Sequence record: MN850639.1
DNA length: 64,000 bases
Direction: 5' to 3' (one strand)
From: Escherichia phage radambza
The position numbers and the translations under genes were made by a program. The notes under the pieces are model-generated. The model was not told where the DNA came from, searched no databases, and worked only from the letters and a program-made list of their open reading frames with translations. Positions 62,961 through 64,000 of the stretch are shown piece after piece; the stretch's first letter is position 1; each line of letters begins with the position of its first letter.

Positions 62961-63656
62961 TCAATGTTTAACTAACATGGTTTTAATGTGTGGAAGGATT
63001 CTGTTCACCTTCTGCACATTCTTCTCTGTGTCTTCTATAAAACATACTATATTAAAGTAAGGCAGGATGCAAGACTGAATCATCCTCACTTTCAAACTTT
63101 CTGCACTTATAGAGTTAGTTCCAAAACCACGCATAAAAAGCATGTAGTCATGCTCTATGTTATGCCTTAAAAACATCTCAGTAGGTATTCTCTGAGATTC
63201 ACCTCTCGCTGTCAAGAGTCCAATGGCAGCATGATTAGCAATTGCATCAATAATACTAAAAACATACGTTGGTTTTGCTCTTACAGAATCAAGAAGATTA
63301 GTGTACTGTGAGAATGACCCATCAGTCAATTCCGTTGAACAATCTTCGTGATTAAAATTTGTAAGAACACCATCAATATCTGCTAAGATGAGATTCCCTT
63401 TTTCTACAAGGTCTTTATTGACTATGACTAAGCTATCACGACTTACTCCTATAGATTGTCCAGTCTCTTTGTCCACAACGTTCACAATTGGTTCTGATGT
63501 GTGGAACTCTTCAAGTGAACATACAACTTCTCTTGCAGTGTCTTCAAAATCCCTACACTGTTCTGGAGACCATACACAGGAATCAAGACCTAACTCATGA
63601 GGATGTAAGTCATAAGCATGACACAGTACTTCATCAGACTTTCTTAATTTTTTCAT
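62961..63656 (-). CDS. HAD-superfamily phosphatase/nucleotidase-like protein
   Basis: Motif ILADIDGVLT (DxDG(T/V)) typical of HAD phosphatases. Confidence 0.5.
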   Translation of the reverse strand: MKKLRKSDEVLCHAYDLHPHELGLDSCVWSPEQCRDFEDTAREVVCSLEEFHTSEPIVNVVDKETGQSIGVSRDSLVIVNKDLVEKGNLILADIDGVLTNFNHEDCSTELTDGSFSQYTNLLDSVRAKPTYVFSIIDAIANHAAIGLLTARGESQRIPTEMFLRHNIEHDYMLFMRGFGTNSISAESLKVRMIQSCILPYFNIVCFIEDTEKNVQKVNRILPHIKTMLVKH

Positions 63657-64000
63657 GATTTACCTTAGAAATGTTTGTTGCAAATTCACATTGAGCAATT
63701 ACTTTCATGTTGTTATAGACATCTTGAGAATACTTCTTAGCTTTAGGGATTCTGTACGAATACCCAGCATTATATGATGCTAAAACTTTTTGTAAAGTCT
63801 TCTTTGACTTTGGCTGACCATGCACCTTTGTCCAAAACTCAAGCTCTTTGTGAGTTTCCTTCGCAGCATAATCAAAGTCTCTTAAGAGTTTCTTTTTAGC
63901 CACATTAGGACTAATTTTGTTACGCTTTACAACAGTCTTCAAGTGATTCTGGAAAATACCATAATCATGTGTCTTTTTATTTTCTACCTTCAGACCTAAC
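63634..64000 (-). CDS. hypothetical protein (partial; N-terminus beyond window end)
   Basis: Track start at 63942 is a TTG; the frame stays open to base 64000, so the true start lies outside the window. Confidence 0.45.
   Translation of the reverse strand, partial: LGLKVENKKTHDYGIFQNHLKTVVKRNKISPNVAKKKLLRDFDYAAKETHKELEFWTKVHGQPKSKKTLQKVLASYNAGYSYRIPKAKKYSQDVYNNMKVIAQCEFATNISKVNHEKIKKV

Overview
This window reads as about 64 kb of a virulent, AT-rich tailed dsDNA phage genome, not bacterial chromosome. No integrase, repressor or transposase was found. All calls are from reading the sequence and the ORF track by eye; no searches or folding were run. Layout: (1) 1-13.8 kb, replication and nucleotide metabolism: T7 gp4-like primase-helicase (partial, minus), dNMP kinase, family A DNA polymerase (plus) with an HNH-AP2 endonuclease at its 3' end, ATP-dependent DNA ligase, DHFR and thymidylate synthase. 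(2) 13.8-37.5 kb, minus-strand morphogenesis block: two tail fibers, baseplate genes, tape measure, chaperones, putative tube and sheath, connector proteins, lambda-like head genes (capsid, S49 protease-scaffold, portal) and large terminase. (3) 37.77-43.05 kb, minus-strand tRNA cluster of about 26 tRNA or tRNA-like genes covering nearly all amino acids, interrupted by two ORFs and an HNH endonuclease, followed by a vWA (MIDAS) protein. (4) 45.3-53.2 kb, plus-strand operon of small genes including a GH24 endolysin and an Ig-like repeat protein. (5) 53.2-54.9 kb, a 1.7 kb ORF-free region saturated with CTTAACA-type heptamers. (6) 54.9-59.7 kb, a minus-strand array of small genes, each behind one of two variants of a conserved promoter-hairpin-RBS cassette. 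(7) 59.7-64 kb: a G-rich repeat region, a putative macro-domain protein, an overlapped spanin pair and a HAD-like phosphatase. The mix of contractile-tail genes, lambda-like head genes, a T7-like replisome, DHFR/TS, homing endonucleases and a large tRNA set suggests a Felix O1-like myovirus, but that is inference. The strongest candidates for something undescribed are the two-class cassette array, the heptamer-repeat region, the atypical tRNA-like elements and repeats in the tRNA cluster, and the vWA and macro-domain proteins.
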